A stretch of DNA of 63,875 bases, the filler included, from Conidiobolus incongruus B7586 (taxonomy: Eukaryota): the NCBI GenBank assembly GCA_000697335.1. It is 6 parts of 6 records of this genome, joined end to end, with 100 filler letters (N's around TTAATTAATTAA, not from the genome) between each part and the next. Parts side by side here need not be neighbours in the genome. Positions count along the whole stretch, not along the records: positions 23,120 to 28,464 come from JNEM01006766.1; positions 28,565 to 30,178 come from JNEM01006768.1; positions 30,279 to 41,230 come from JNEM01006769.1; 3 more parts are not named here. The stretch is one strand, 5' to 3'. Below are positions 23,644 to 38,959 of this stretch, one piece after another; within the stretch, counting starts at the first letter, position 1, and each line of letters begins with the position of its first letter. The notes under the pieces were generated by a model. It did no database searches, was not told where the DNA came from, and saw nothing but the letters and a program-made list of their open reading frames with translations. The translations under genes and the position numbers were made by a program.

Positions 23644-26600
23644 CTCCCCTAGTAAGTTTCTTAAAAGAAACACACTCCCTAGATTTTTATAAATAGGTAT
23701 AATAGGTTAAGGTATATTTAATATTTTCTAAGGGTTCTTATATAGCTTCTTTAATAAAATAACCTATTTATTTTATATAAAAATAAAGCTTGTTCTTAAT
23801 AGATTTAGAATTAATTATATAATCAATATAGTATTCTTTTTCTCTATTTTAATTAATAATTAAATCTAGTTTTAAAGCTTTTAATTGATTAAGAAAAGTA
23901 TTAAAATCTTTAAAGTATGGTTTAATTTTAGATATATGAAAGGTAGGGTTGATTCTTAAAGTTAGAAATAATTCTAAGATAATATTTTCAAAATTTAAAT
24001 CAATAAATTAAATCTTATAAAGATTATAATATAATAATAAGTATTTTAGATTTGAGCTAGATTTAAATAAGGTGGGTTTAAGGGTAGATTATTCTAAATA
24101 TACAAACATGATAATTTTATATTTAAAAGGATTTCTAGATAACTTTAAGTATTGTTGTTTTATAATCCTTTAATTTTCTTTTAAGTTAAATTTAACAAAG
24201 GAATTAATATACTTGATATTAAATTAAAATTCAACAATATCTAAAGATAAGTTGATTTAAAGTTTTAAAATAATTATTAAGTTAGGATGTTTGCTATAAT
24301 TAATGAAATAAAGGTTGAAACCTGTTAATTTATTGATAAAGATGTTAAATAAATATTAGAGTTAATAGATATAGATATCTTAATTTAACTAATTAGTGTT
24401 AATATAAACTCTAATCATTTGCTTTAAGGTTTTAATAGTCTTTTCAACAAGTTTATTGGTTTAATAATAATTGGTAGTAGATATAATTAAGTTAATCTTG
24501 AAGGAAGAAAATAGTAACTTCTAGAATTAAGAGTTGAATTACATATCTTTATTAGATATAATAGTTTATAAAATTCCATGGTAGGTAAAGATATTAAAGA
24601 ATAATAATTATGTAATATTTTTAGCTATAGAAGTTTTGAAATAAAAAATAAAATAAACATATTTGGAAAATAAATCAATTACAATTAGTGAGTTATTATA
24701 ATTATTTGTTAATTTAAAGATTTCTATGAAATCAAGCTAGATTTATTATTAAGTTTCATTAGGGATTTGTAGAGGAATAAGTTTACAATATTTTAGTTAA
24801 GTATTATATTTAATTTTTTAGCATATATTACAGGTATTAGTGTATTTCTAAACTGATTTAATTAAGGAAAGCTAGTAATACTTTATTTTAATTCTCTTAA
24901 CAGTTTTTAACTAGTTTTAATGTCCTCTAACTAATAAGTTATAGCATTCATCAAATATTATTTTTTAAATCTTGGGAATATTAGGAATATATAGACAATT
25001 ATTATAATATAGTAGGTTATTGATAATTTTAAATCTTTTGACATACTTTAATTAGTTTTCTAATGGTTTAAAGAGTTCTTCTTTAACTAAAATAAAGAAA
25101 TCATTATTTTGTAGTGTTTCTTAAAGTAGTTTAATAAATTTTTTATTTCCTTTATTAATAATTATTAAGTTAATATTTGTTAGGTTTTTGTAATTAAAAT
25201 AAAAAAATAAATATATAAGATCTCTTAATAAGGTATCTACAACATAATTTTATTAACCTAAAAAATATTTAATAAAAAAAGATAAGCTTAAATAGTTTTA
25301 ATCTATTTAACTTGTTTTCTTAATAAATACTTTTAAGTATTTAAGTAAATAAGTGATTTATAATTTATAAGTGTTAGGAAAAAATTACAAAACAAGAAAT
25401 ATAAATGATTTTTGATTATTTCTACCAAAACAAAGAGTTTTTGTTTATAAACTAGGTATTTTAATTTAGCTTGTTTTATTTTTTTTAACCAGAATGTTAT
25501 TAGTTTTAAAGTAATATTTATAGGGTTAAACTCAACCTATTCTCTTTTATTTATTATTTTATCTTATAGTTAAAAGATAAAATATAAATTAAATTCAAAC
25601 TAGGTTAACTATCTATTAATTATAAAAAAAAACTAAAATTAGTAAAAATAATAGTTGGTAGTTTTAGATTAAAAATAGATAAAGTAAAAACATTGGTAAT
25701 ATAGAAAATTAAAGCATTTATGTAAAAAATATATAATGGTGTTTATTTAAAAAGAGAGTTTTTTTTTAAGAGATTAGTAAAAAAAGTAGTAAGTTTAACA
25801 AAAAAATCAATGAAATCTTTAAAATAATTTAATAATCTAAGTATAAACATAAGTTAATCTTTGTTTATAGGTATAATAAAAACTTTAACACTGTTAGGTT
25901 TAATTAGATTAATATTAATTTATTAAAAGAAAACAATATAACTATAGAAAAAGATAGAAAAGGTATTAAAGATATATTCTAATAGTTTTAAAGATAATTT
26001 ATATTCTTGAATAACTTATAAAACTTAATTAACATGTTAAATATATTCTTTAGGTTTTAAATAGATTAAGATATTATTAAAGTAAATAATAACAAAGTTA
26101 TTTAAAACAAGGTTAAAAAAAATTTTGATAAATTAAGTAAAAATTACAAAGGCATTATATAATCTAAAGTTTATAACTGTAAATTTATAGTAACTTAAAA
26201 GAGTATTGAAAGTAGTTAAAAGGATAGAATTTTCTTCAACTTTGATATTATAATATCTATTCTTTATATCTAATTTAATGGATATAGTTGATTTAAGTAG
26301 TTTATCCCTAATATTATATAGGTTTAATAATAAAGTTTTATCTTTAATAGTTTTAAAGTTTAAAATATAATTGTTAATATAATCTTTAACCACCATCAAC
26401 CTTTTTTATAAAGAAAATTGAAGATTTTTATAGTGAAAAAGAAGGTTTAATATACTTATTTTTAAGTAGTTTTTAGATTTCTTCTTTTAAAGTTTAATAT
26501 TATTCAAGAGATAAATGGTAAGTAAATTTTAAATATAGTTGTGTATCAAGGAATAGTTTAATTTTGTGTTTAATATTATATTTAAGAGGTAATTTATCTA

Positions 26601-28464
26601 TAAGTTTAAAAACATTAGCAAATTAATTTACTATATTATAAAAGAAGTAGTTATTAGATATAACTTTATTAAAGATAATAAATGAAATGCTAATAAATAA
26701 ATAATAAACAAATATATATTTTTATAAATTATTAAAGTTTTTAATTAGTTTTTTACATTGATTTTTGTTTATAATAATAAAGTTATTTGCTATAATTATA
26801 AAGTTAGTGTTAGGTATAATATTTAATAATTTTAAAGTAGGGTAATATAGATTTTTTAAGATTAATTTTACTAATTTCTTTTAGAATATAAAAAAAATAG
26901 ATTTGTAACCTTCTAGGATAATATTCATAGATATAAAACTATAATATTCAAACTGATTTTAACCTAGTAAAAAATTATAACTAATATTACTAACTAAGAA
27001 TTTAATTTATTAAGAGTAGTTAAGAAGTAATAATAAATATCTAGATATAATATTAGATGTTTATTCTATTAAGTTGTTAGTATATTTATTTATCAAGTTA
27101 TTTTTTTAAGTAGGTAAAGATAGCTTTATAACAATAATAAAGAAGATAATATAACTAAAGCAACTAGAATTAATTAAAACACTAACAGGTTTATCTATAA
27201 AAAAACTAATTAACATAAACAATAGGATAATAGTTAAAGGTAAAAAATTACAAGGTAAATTAGTTACTAAAATATTTTTAATTTCTAGTGGTTTAATCAG
27301 TTGGATTTTTTTAATATATATAGTTTAATTTATAGAATCATTAGTCTATTAGAACTTTTATGGATTAGATTAAAACTTGTTAACTAATTATAAAAAGGGT
27401 AATTTTAAGGTTATATTGATATTATTCAAGTTTGATTTATAATTGGTAGGTTGGGAATTAAACAGATATTGTTTTTTTAAAGGGTATTTGTTAACTCTAT
27501 AGTTAACTTAAATCCTTTAATAATAATAACAACCTTTATTTACTCTTAAGTAAGCTTTAGCTTTTTTACTAAAGGTTTTCTTATAGAGTATTAAAGTAAA
27601 AATATTTATCATTTAAAACTTAAGTAGGCTAAAGTAAGTTTTAAAGGATTAATTCTTAAGGTAAAAAAATTTAGTTATAGAGTAAAAAATATCATCAATT
27701 ATAATTGCTATATCATAAATATTAGAAAAAGATATATTATTAAAATATTCCCTATTAACTAACTAAAGCTTTATTTGAAGATTAAAATATTATAATAGTT
27801 TGTGGATTTGTTTTTTTTAGTGATATTTAATATGTTTAAGTATATCTTATTAATTTTCTCAATTAATTATTTTATAGAAGTTTTTTATTTAAGCTTGAAA
27901 ATTTTTTCTCTTATTAATTAAACTTAATCTTTTAGGTAATACCTCTCTTTAAAAGCTTTTTCTAATTGTTTAAAAGTTTATATTTTTATAGTAAACTATC
28001 CTCCTAAAAGTTCTTTAGGATTAAATTTATAGTAAGTTAACTACTAGTTATAGGTAGATTTTTCTAAAAAAAAAGTAGCTAATTTAAAGATATTCTTTAT
28101 ATTTTCATTAGGGATTAAATTAAGGTAATTTTTTATATTTTTAAAGTAGTTTTCAAACTTATAGAGGTTTTTAAAACTATTATAAGTAATTAATTTGTTT
28201 TTAATAATATTAAAGAGGTGGTTTAATATATTAACTATAGTAAAATAACTAGTTTATTAGATTTAAGCTCTTTGAGACATATTTTTTTCAATCAAAAGTT
28301 GTTTAATATAAGCTTTTTAGAGGGTAATATGCTTTTAAAAGTTAAAGTCTTAGATTTACTTAGTAATTAAGCTATTATCATTATTAAAATAATATAAAGG
28401 TATCTCCTTTTTTAATAATATTATAGTAAATAATATTAAATTTAAATAAAATAAATTATAGATA
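23247..28464 (-). mobile_element. Gypsy copy B (same family as copy A, no mariner insertion), truncated by gap
   Basis: The reverse complement is colinear with 11277-17813 minus the mariner. 3' LTR at 23247-23643 with intact TGT start and PPT AGGGGAG (23650-23644). Confidence 0.94.
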
Positions 28465-28564
28465 NNNNNNNNNNNNNNNNNNNNNNNNNNNNNNNNNNNN
28501 NNNNNNNNTTAATTAATTAANNNNNNNNNNNNNNNNNNNNNNNNNNNNNNNNNNNNNNNNNNNN

Positions 28565-29015
28565 TTAACAGCCTTAGCTATAGTAGACTAGCTAACACCA
28601 GTAATTCTAGCAATATCATGAGTTGATTTACCTTCTTTATAAAGTTGATTAATGCACAAATGGATTTTTTTAGAGAGGGATTTAGGTATAATAATACTAA
28701 TAAAAAAAATTTAGTATATCTGTAAAATATTATATAAAATAATAGCAAAGAGAGAAAAAAGATATGGTTATATATTGTTAAATATATCCCCTTATCTCAA
28801 AAACCCACAAATTTATAACTCACCTTGGTTAAATATTAAGGGTTAATATTTTTGCTAATAGTTTACTAAATATATCTAAATATATTTATTTATTATTAAA
28901 TAATATACCTTAATTATATATTATAGTTTCAAGTAATCTAATATATACAATTGTTTTAGTTATTAATTAAAATATATATATTTTTGATTTTATGACTCAC
29001 TTTTGCAGGTCAGTG
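28565..29015 (-). mobile_element. Tc1-like transposon 5' end (truncated by gap)
   Basis: TA|CACTGACCTGCAAAAG terminus at 29015; HTH relic (I)PKSLSKKIHLCINQLYKEGKSTHDIARITGVS*STIAKAV from 28689, with ATG>ATA and CAG>TAG. Confidence 0.8.
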
Positions 29016-29019
29016 TAAT

Positions 29020-30178
29020 TACTAGTAATTTAAAGTTAAATATAGTAAATATTAAGACTATAACAATTTTATAAATTAGTATTTAAAAAAAAACTTTATT
29101 AAGGGTTTAAATTAATAATTTATTTTTTTAATAAGTTAGATATAAAATCAATAAGCTTAATAAATATAAGAATATAGTTTTTAAAATATGTAATTAATTT
29201 TAGAAAAGCTATTACTTAATGTTTACTAGGAAAGATTATAGTGTTATATAATCTTTAAAGTTTTATTAGGTTAATAGAAATTCTTTTAAAAGAGATAATA
29301 TAACTATAAAATAAAATAAATAAAACAACAGAAATATATTTAAATAGTTTTACTAAGAACTAATTTTAATTAAGTATTTGTAAAATAATCTTTATATATA
29401 AAGTATAATTATTTAAAGTTTTTGATTAAACTAAAATATTGTTTAAATAGTATATAATAAAATTATTATAATACTTGTTAAATAAACTATTTATAAGGTT
29501 TATAAATATAACAAATATGTTATAAAGTTTAAAATTTATAATCATAAATTTATAATATTTTAATACATAATTAAAAATAATTAAAAGGATATTTTGTTTA
29601 TTAAATAAAATATTATAATAATTGTTCTTAAGATTTATTTTAATAAAGTAATTTACACCTATAAATTTATCTCTAATTTTATTTAAATTAGGTAAAAAAG
29701 TTTTATCATTAATTGTTTTACTATTTAAAACTTTATTATCAATGTAAAGTCATTAACCTTTATTATATTCTTTAATAAAAAAGACTGGTAAACTTTAAAG
29801 TTTTGTAGAAAGTTATATAAAATTTAATTTTAATAACCTATTTATTTTTTCACAAAGAACTTTATACTATTTAAAAAAAGATAAGGTAATTTATAATAAG
29901 GTTAAATGTTAAATAATAGTTTAATTTTATAAGACATATTTTTTTTAATAATAGAGTTTTAAAAACTTTAAAAATATTTTTATATTTATTAACAACATTA
30001 TACAATAAAATTATAATATTTATATTATCTTTTAGATTTTTTAAAAAATAAAGATAGTGTTAAAATTAATATAAATTATATTAGATTAATTTTTAACTTC
30101 TTAATTAAATTTATAAAGGATATTCTTGAAATTATTATATTACTAAAAATGATATTATTAATATCTTCTTTTATAATA
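29020..30178 (-). mobile_element. Degenerate Gypsy reverse-transcriptase fragment (third family)
   Basis: Minus strand reads YYLNNILV*SKT (=YLDDILV.S) at ~29449-29420, and the thumb motif FP....VIAFLKLITYFKNYI follows downstream. Confidence 0.72.
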
Positions 30179-31989
30179 NNNNNNNNNNNNNNNNNNNNNN
30201 NNNNNNNNNNNNNNNNNNNNNNTTAATTAATTAANNNNNNNNNNNNNNNNNNNNNNNNNNNNNNNNNNNNNNNNNNNNTTTAATTAATATATTTTTAAAC
30301 AAAAAAATATACTAAGTTTTATAATTATTAAACACTAACACTTTATCATAAATCCTCAAAAATTATTGGAATTTATAATTATCTTTTAGGAATAATATAT
30401 TATTTATATCAATTAGATAATTTTATATATATTGTTTTATATTTGAGAAATCATATAGAATTTTTAAATTATCGAATTTAATATATAAGGTTTTATTTTG
30501 TAAAATTGGTAAATTGACAAAATATATTGTTAAATATTTTTTATATAAGTTAATATAATACCTAATAATTTTAAATTATTTTATGAATATTTTATATATA
30601 AGTTCAAATTTATTTTAAATATTTAAAATATAATTTATCTCGTGAAATTTGACTTAATCTTATAATAAACTATTAGATTAGCAATTACTGAAACAAACTT
30701 AATATTTTTTATAATTAGGCTTTTTTTAGCAGTTTATTGAAATTAATGAATCTTAAATCCATTTATATAATATTTTACCAAAATATATATTAAGATATTA
30801 TATTCAATGATATTAACCTTGTTGATAGATATAATTTGTAATATATAAACTAAATAAATATAATATATTATAATAACTTATATTTTTTAATTTGATTCTT
30901 AGTGAAATATGATTTAATAACAAAATCAAATTGTTTTTTTAAATTATTTCTAGTTTGTATTATTAATAAAATAAAAGAAAATAAATATATTGAAATATAA
31001 TCATAAAAAATATAAAAATAATAAAAATATTTTAATTTGATATAATTGAAATATATTATATTGTTTATTTTATTTCTCTTTTGATAATTAAAATATCTTA
31101 AAAGTTTTTGGTGTTTATAAAACTAAATTACTTGATAAAATTATAAAAATTAAAATTATTTCATAATACAATATAAATAGTCCATAATAAGAAGAATTAT
31201 TATTGAAATATTAGAAATTAAAATGGAAATAAGAAAATTTAAATAGAAAAAAATGTAAATTTTAAATTTATATCATAATATATTTATGTTCATATAATAT
31301 TGTTATGTTTATTTATTTTATTTTCCAAAAAAATTTCAATTATTTATATTATAAAATAATTTGAAAAAAAAATAACTTTTATTTGGGTAATAATTTTTTG
31401 ATATTTAAGTTTTGATATTTTTTTATAAATTAAAATTTAATAAAATTACGCTTTTGCATATATATTTATAGTAAAATATATATATGTATATTTTATCTAT
31501 TACCTTTTGATTAAAAATAATTTAATACAAATTTATTAAAATATTCTATTTTATTAGATAAAATCAAAAATAAATTATAAAAATTCTATTATTGAATATA
31601 TTTTTGCTAATTTGGTTAATTTGATTAATTTTTATTCTTTACTTATTAATTAATATATTATATTATAAAATATAAATAAGTCAATTACTTGATAGCATTA
31701 ATCATTTAAATACCAAAATTAAAATGAACGCAAATTGAATTAAAATAATATTTGTAAAATTATAATATAAAACTGTTTAAAGAAATTACTATCAAATTAA
31801 TATAATTTGCAATATGATAATATAATATTGTTTTTACTATCATTCCATAATAATATTAATAAATAAATAAATTTCGTTATTAATAAATATATAATATGCA
31901 AAATAAAAATAAAATGAATCTTTTGAAGTTAACTGTGATAATGATCTTATATAAAATTTACATATATAATATATGTTGATAATGAGTTT

Positions 31990-32434
31990 TTTCTCGGTGT
32001 CAAGGATTTGTGTAAAAGTTGAATGTTATGCCTGCTGGATATATCAAAGAGGCAGGGACAAGTACTAATAAAGTGGATTGCTTATAAATCACAAATATCC
32101 ACAATATCTTTAACCAAGAATTACAAAGATTTGATATTATCTTGGTTCTTTATATAATCACCAGTTTATAAGTAATAATTTAAAGATTCAGGTGATCCAA
32201 TGGATTTTTGATGGAAAAAGATATCTTTATTATGATGATTGTAACTAATGTTATATATCCATGGTAATTCATGGATTATGACTCTCCTTCTAAGGGGTTA
32301 AAGTTCATCAATATCAAGATAACAACTATGGATGAAGAGTGAGGCTTAGTTGTATATAAGAGAATCAAAAAGGATGTCAACATCCAATGCCATCATGGAA
32401 GTGGCTTGACTATCAGAATACTTGCTGGTAACAT
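31990..32434 (-). pseudogene. Decayed coding fragment of unknown family
   Basis: GC-richer island in the AT desert; one minus frame reads ~148 protein-like codons interrupted by five TAA stops. Confidence 0.35.
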
Positions 32435-35400
32435 ATATTTTATCAATATTTATATAAAAATAAATATAATTTTAAGGTTAAATAAATAAAAATTAATATT
32501 TGATATTTATTAGAAAATTTGTCAAAATAATTACAAATTAAAAAATACAAATAAAAATATAAATATCAATATTTTTATATTTATATTATATTTAAAATAA
32601 TTAAAATATATATTATCCTTCGGTAGATAATGGAAAATTTTAAAATTATAAATAAATTTAATTAAAAATAGAAATCTGATATTTAATTATTTAAAAATAT
32701 TTTCATAATTCATTATTACTTATTAGAGTAAATTTTCATTCCATTAATAAAAAACATATTTACAAAATAAATTTTATAATTTATGAATTAATTAAAGAGA
32801 ATATTTTTAAATACAACAAAAATATCATTAATAAATTGAAATTATATTTTAATTATTTGAAACATTTACAATATTTGATATAATTAACAAAAATAATTTG
32901 GTAAAATAATATATATTTTAATATCTGGAAATGTTTAAGTTTGAATTGAATACATATTTTATTAAAATATTATAAATTCTAAAATTTAATTTTATTTAAC
33001 TAAATACATTAATACCTGATTAAATATTATACTTAATTTAATAAATTAGAAATTTAATTATGAAATTTTTTAATATGATTGTTTAAAAAGAGTTAATAAA
33101 ATTAAGGTAATGATCACTATATTAATAAATCATTATTAATATATTAAAGATATCCATTTATTATTAGTAATATTAACAGGTCAATAATTTATTTATAAAA
33201 TTTTGAGAAAAATATTTGATTTAATACAAATTATAATAATACAAAGAAAATATATAATTTTTATAAGAAATATTATTTTATATATATTTTGATATAAATC
33301 ATTGAATATCGAATCATTTATATAATATTTCTATAAAATTATATGTAAATTTTAATAGTTAACTGAATTATTTTCCTAATACTTTTTTTTAAATTATCCT
33401 AATTCTATTGTTTATTTCAAATTATTTCTAAAATTTTGAAAAATTCTTTATATATTTATGATAAAATATTACAATGGAATCCATATTATCATATTATTTA
33501 AAAAAATAATTAATATTGATAAAATAAATTATTCAAAAATATAATATTTCATCATAACATCATTCTCTAAATTTCAATATTTCTAAATCTATTTCTAAAT
33601 ATATTGATTTTTTATTTGATCAAATTAATATTCAGAATTATCGAAATAATGTAAATTTAATAATTTAGATTGATTTTTATCAATATCTGAAACTTTTCAT
33701 TATTTAACTAATTTATAATATTTTAAATATTTAAAAAATCATTTTTAAAAATATTGATAATTTAATTAGAATAAGTTTTATAATGTAAATATTCAAAATG
33801 TTTATTTAAATTTTATTTTACTAAATTAATATAATATAAATATATTAGTCGAATTTCAACGTTTAATTGATTCAATTATAAAAGAAAAATTGATCTTAAT
33901 AATATGACATGACATATATCAAATTTTAGGTTGTTATTAAATTTTCAAATAAAATAAAGATTTGAAATTTAATATTAAACATAAAAAAATAAATTTCGTT
34001 TAAATTTTTAATTATTAATGTCGATTGAATTTGTTTATATTAGTAAAATAATCACATAATAATGATGTTTTGTCATAACCTCTATTAAAATTGTATATAA
34101 TGATATATAACTATGTAATATTTTTTGATTTTCTATTTAATTATTTTGAATAAAAAAAATTTAAAATATAAAGTTTAAAATAATCTAACAATTGAATGAT
34201 AATAATTAGATTAACTAAAATAATATAAAAATTGATGCTTTTAATAAATAAATATGATCAATAAAACTAAAATTAAATCTATCAAATTAAATTAATATTT
34301 TCATAATATATGTAAATTAATTAATTAATTGTAATAGATAAGGTATTGTCAATATAATATCAAATAAAAATTAATATATAATAAAAAATAATTTATTTTA
34401 CATTTAATTTGATTCACCTTTTACAGATTACTAATTAATAATAAAAATTTATTAATCAATATATTAAATATATAAAAATCATTTAATAGGAAAAGTCACC
34501 TGAAAGTATTTAAATTCAACATCATATTTAAAATTAAAACAATTGCATATAATATATTAATTGGGTTAACTAAGTAAAGAATTGAAATTTGAATATTTAT
34601 ATCTATTTTCATTGAATAAATTTATTTATTAGGACTTTTTTATTTAGAAATTATTTTAAATATAGTACAAAAAATAAAATATTTGATTTCAAGCGTTAAA
34701 CAAGATAAATTTAATAAATGTATTGTTAGTTAGCAAATGAAATGATATATAGTTGGAAGTGTATTGTCCAAATAAGAAATTGATTTTTTTTCAACATTTT
34801 TTTTCAAGTATGAGATATTTCAACAAAGAAACTATATCAAATGTAAATATATAAAAATATATATTTGGAATGAAAGTAACCTTATTGTTCCAAAATTATT
34901 TTCATATTAAAATTCTATTTATTTAAAAAAACATTTTAAACCTAATGATTAGAGAATAAAAAATATTTAAATTGATTAATTACAGTAAATCTTTATAGTT
35001 AAAATTAATAATTCCATAAATATATCAGTTCAAGTATTTTATTCATTGAAATAAACAATCCTAATTATTTAGTTTGAATTTGAAAATAGGATGGAAACAA
35101 TTTGATTTTACAAATTGTATGTATAAAATTCAAAATAAAATTGTGATTATAATAGAAAAAATAATGGTTTAATATTATATTATTATAATTATTAAGTATA
35201 ATAAAATTATTGATTTTATTCAGTAAATTTTCAAATAATTGAAAAATAAATGAAAAGTCATTAATTAATATCTATATTACAAAATTTGAATATTTGATAA
35301 TATAATTTTATTTTATTTTAATTATTAATATCTTAATTGATATTTTAGTTATTCATCAAAATTTTTATAGTTTTATATTTTGAGTGAGTGATTGTTCAAT

Positions 35401-38400
35401 ATATTGATATTTGAAAAATTTGTATTTCAATGTATAAAGCAAAATTTTTATATGATAATATAAATTAATTTGTATAAATTACATAAAACGTGTGTTTATG
35501 ATTAATATAGTGTTTTAATAATTCTGTGTAAATTAATATTTATAAATCTAATATATAACTAAAATTACATCATTATTGGTTTATGATAATGTTTACTATA
35601 TTATGAGGTATATATCTTATATCATATCAATTCAGGAAAACAAAATAATGATTAAATAACACAATATTAAGATTATATTAAATGAAAAAGTGTTTATAAT
35701 TTAATATTAAAGAAATAAAATATTTCAATTTTTTTAAGATAAAAGAAACAAAGTTTAATATGTTTAATTTTTAATTTTATTCAAAAATATTTGATTTATA
35801 AATCATATTTTTCAAAATAAAATATAATATTTGTTTTTCAATTATAATATTTTTATTTTTTAATTTTCTTGTTTAATCAGAAATCTTCATGGATTATATA
35901 ATTTTAAGCAATTAATATTTGAATTAAAATATTATCTATTGAAAAAGAATTTCGATATATTGTATTAATTATTTTATTACATATTCAAGTTACAAATTAA
36001 CTAGTCAATTATATACTAAAATATAATTTTATAAATTTTTGAAAATATAATACTATTAATAACCTATTATTTATTTTATTAAAAATTCCTTTTTATTATA
36101 TATAAAAATATATTTCTCAATATTAAAATATCATGAACTCAAATAGTATTGTAAAAAATTTCAAATTATTAGAAATTTTAAATAAAAAATTAAATTATAT
36201 ATTAAATTATATCAAGTATAAACAAATTTTAACATGTTTAAACATTTTCTGTATTTGAATCATAATAATCTGACCAACTTTTTGTTATAATATTAAAATT
36301 AAAATATCTAGTTTCAAACTGAATATTATATTGAAATATAATTTTGATTATCATTTGTTTAATTTATGATTATTCTTTTTATAATCAATTCTCATAAATA
36401 AGTCTATAACATTAACGATGTGGTCAGAGTATATACAATACGTGATAATTACTTTTTTCTTTTTTATTAATATTTCAAATTTATATAATATTTTTTAAAT
36501 ATTTATGAATACAGGTCGTGGAACTTTAGTAGCCTTTAATTATATATTTAGCAAAAATATGAATAAATTTTTATAAATGAAAATTTATTAATTTGTATCC
36601 AACAATATACAAAAATAATTTCAAAAAATAAATTTTAATATTACAAATAAAATATCCATTTACTAATCCTGAATAATGTGATCAAATTTATCATCTAATT
36701 TTAATTTACATGAATTATAGAGTGAATAATAAAAATTAGGAAAAAATTTAAGAATCATTAAATTATTATCAAAATTCCAATAATGAAATATATTTAATGT
36801 TCTTTCTAATCCAAATATTGAAATTATTGAAAGTATAATTTGTCATATTTTGAATATTCCATTTTGTTAAATTATTCATTATAAAAATAAGAATCTAAAT
36901 AATTTTTTCTAAAATTTATTTTAGATTTTTTAATTAATGATGAAATATTTGATATACAGAAAAAGCTATGAAATTTATATTTTTGATAATTTGAAATTAA
37001 ATATTTATATTTCCAATTATATATTTATAATTGTGATCACAAAAATAATTAAATCAACTTAGTTATCAACTTTTAATTTATATTTATATACATACTATAT
37101 AATTAAAACTAATATAATATAAATACTTATTAAAATATAACATTGTTAAGATTGAAAAGATTTTGATTTAATTGTCATTTATTATGAAAAATTTGCTAAT
37201 CAATTATTTATTTAATCGTTAACAAATTTTATTATTTTAATATTTTAAATTTAATTTTTCTTAATTCAAAAATTTATAATATATCAAAATTTGATATTAA
37301 ATACTACAAAGCAAAAATTTTTCAAACTAATATCCATTTTTTTATAAGCAAATAAATATAATTTCAATCATATTTAAACTTTTCATATGCCAAAATCATC
37401 TATATTAAATAATAATTCAATTATAATTTTTATCGATCAATCAAATTAATTTGAATAGTAATATATTTAGTTGTTTATAAATTTGATGTTTTTAACCTTA
37501 TAATAGTTAATAAATTTTAAAAAATTTAAATAATTTATATTTCCATATATATCATATCAATTTTAAAATTCATTTAACAAAAATATTTTATTGAAACTTT
37601 TCAATTAAAATTATTTCTAATTATAAAAATTATTTGATTCCATATTTTTCCAGATAAAATATCTTTTGACTTTAATTAATAATGAAACTTATACATTTTA
37701 TATTCAAACAAATTGATAAATTTATAAAAATAAATATAAATGTTGAAATATTAAATTGGTAAATTCAATTTTTTTGATGAAATATATTATTACTAATATA
37801 CACTTAATTATAATTTTGATATTTTTAACTAATTCCAAATACATAATAAAAATTCAATATTTTAATAATACTATTTGATTTTAATAATTATATTTTGCTT
37901 TCATGTATCTTTAATGTTCAAATTGAATTTCAAGATATATAAAATGTTTGATTATTGAATATAAATTTCAATGGATTATAACAATAATTGAAATATTCAA
38001 ATTAAATAAAATTTAATATAGCAAAAATAATAAAAGATAATTAAATATTCCTTTCTTGACTTCATTTAACTCAAATTGCAATTTATATTTTTAATATTAT
38101 ATTCAAATAATATTAAATTGCATTTTTGAAGTACTTTAATATATAACAAAATTATTTTTAAATCATTTTATATTATTGATTAAAAAAATTTGTGACTATT
38201 ATATTTATTAATTTTATATATTCCAACTATATCTCATATAAATTATAGTAATTTAATAAATAAAGGTTTTAATTACTGGAAAAATATGAATGTAGATATA
38301 TTATACAATATATTAAATTGTTATTAGTCAAATCAAACACTTTTGTTTGAAAACTATAATATATTCTATAAATATTTATAGTTAATATTAAATTTTATAT

Positions 38401-38910
38401 AAAATAATATTTTTTGCTATTTTTCAACTATTAAAAAATATTGCTGTATTTTATATAATTGTTATTAAAATATATATAATTTTTTATTTTTATTGAATAA
38501 TATTTTTTAAAATATTAAATCATATATATATTTTAAACATATTTTTATTTTTATATTCAATAATAAGAAATATGTACTAGAATAAATATTAAACAATGAA
38601 AATAAATTAATTTCAAATAATTATTTCAAGTTAACAATTTAGTAGAATTAAATTTAAATTTAATTTAATATGAATTAATCTTTATATATAACTAGACTTT
38701 TAAAATTTATTGAATTAATATATGATTATATATTTTTGAACAATAATATTATTTCTAGATATTAAAAGAAATGGGAAATTTTTTATTTTTATTTTTCAAA
38801 TTAATTTTAGTTTCAAATAAAAAATGTTATAAGTAACATATCTAAAAATATATAGAATTAAATTTTTTATTTTAATATAATTTTGATAAACAATAAATTT
38901 TTTTATTTAA

Positions 38911-38954
38911 TTTAATTATTTGATTTAATTATTTGATTTAATTATTTGATTTAA
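38911..38954. repeat. 13-bp tandem repeat (TTTAATTATTTGA)x3.4
   Basis: Three perfect units plus a partial unit. Confidence 0.85.
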
Positions 38955-38959
38955 ATATG

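Noticed and set aside
12446..26399. Short ORFs at 12446, 18345, 21768 and 26133 (also 59288)
   Set aside because: They are stop-free remnants of the degenerate transposon genes, not independent genes.
11194..30178. Alternative genetic code (TAA/TAG read-through) to explain stop-ridden TE ORFs
   Set aside because: Stop positions differ between copies and coincide with missense C>T/G>A damage at catalytic residues; host genes use TAA/TAG as normal stops.
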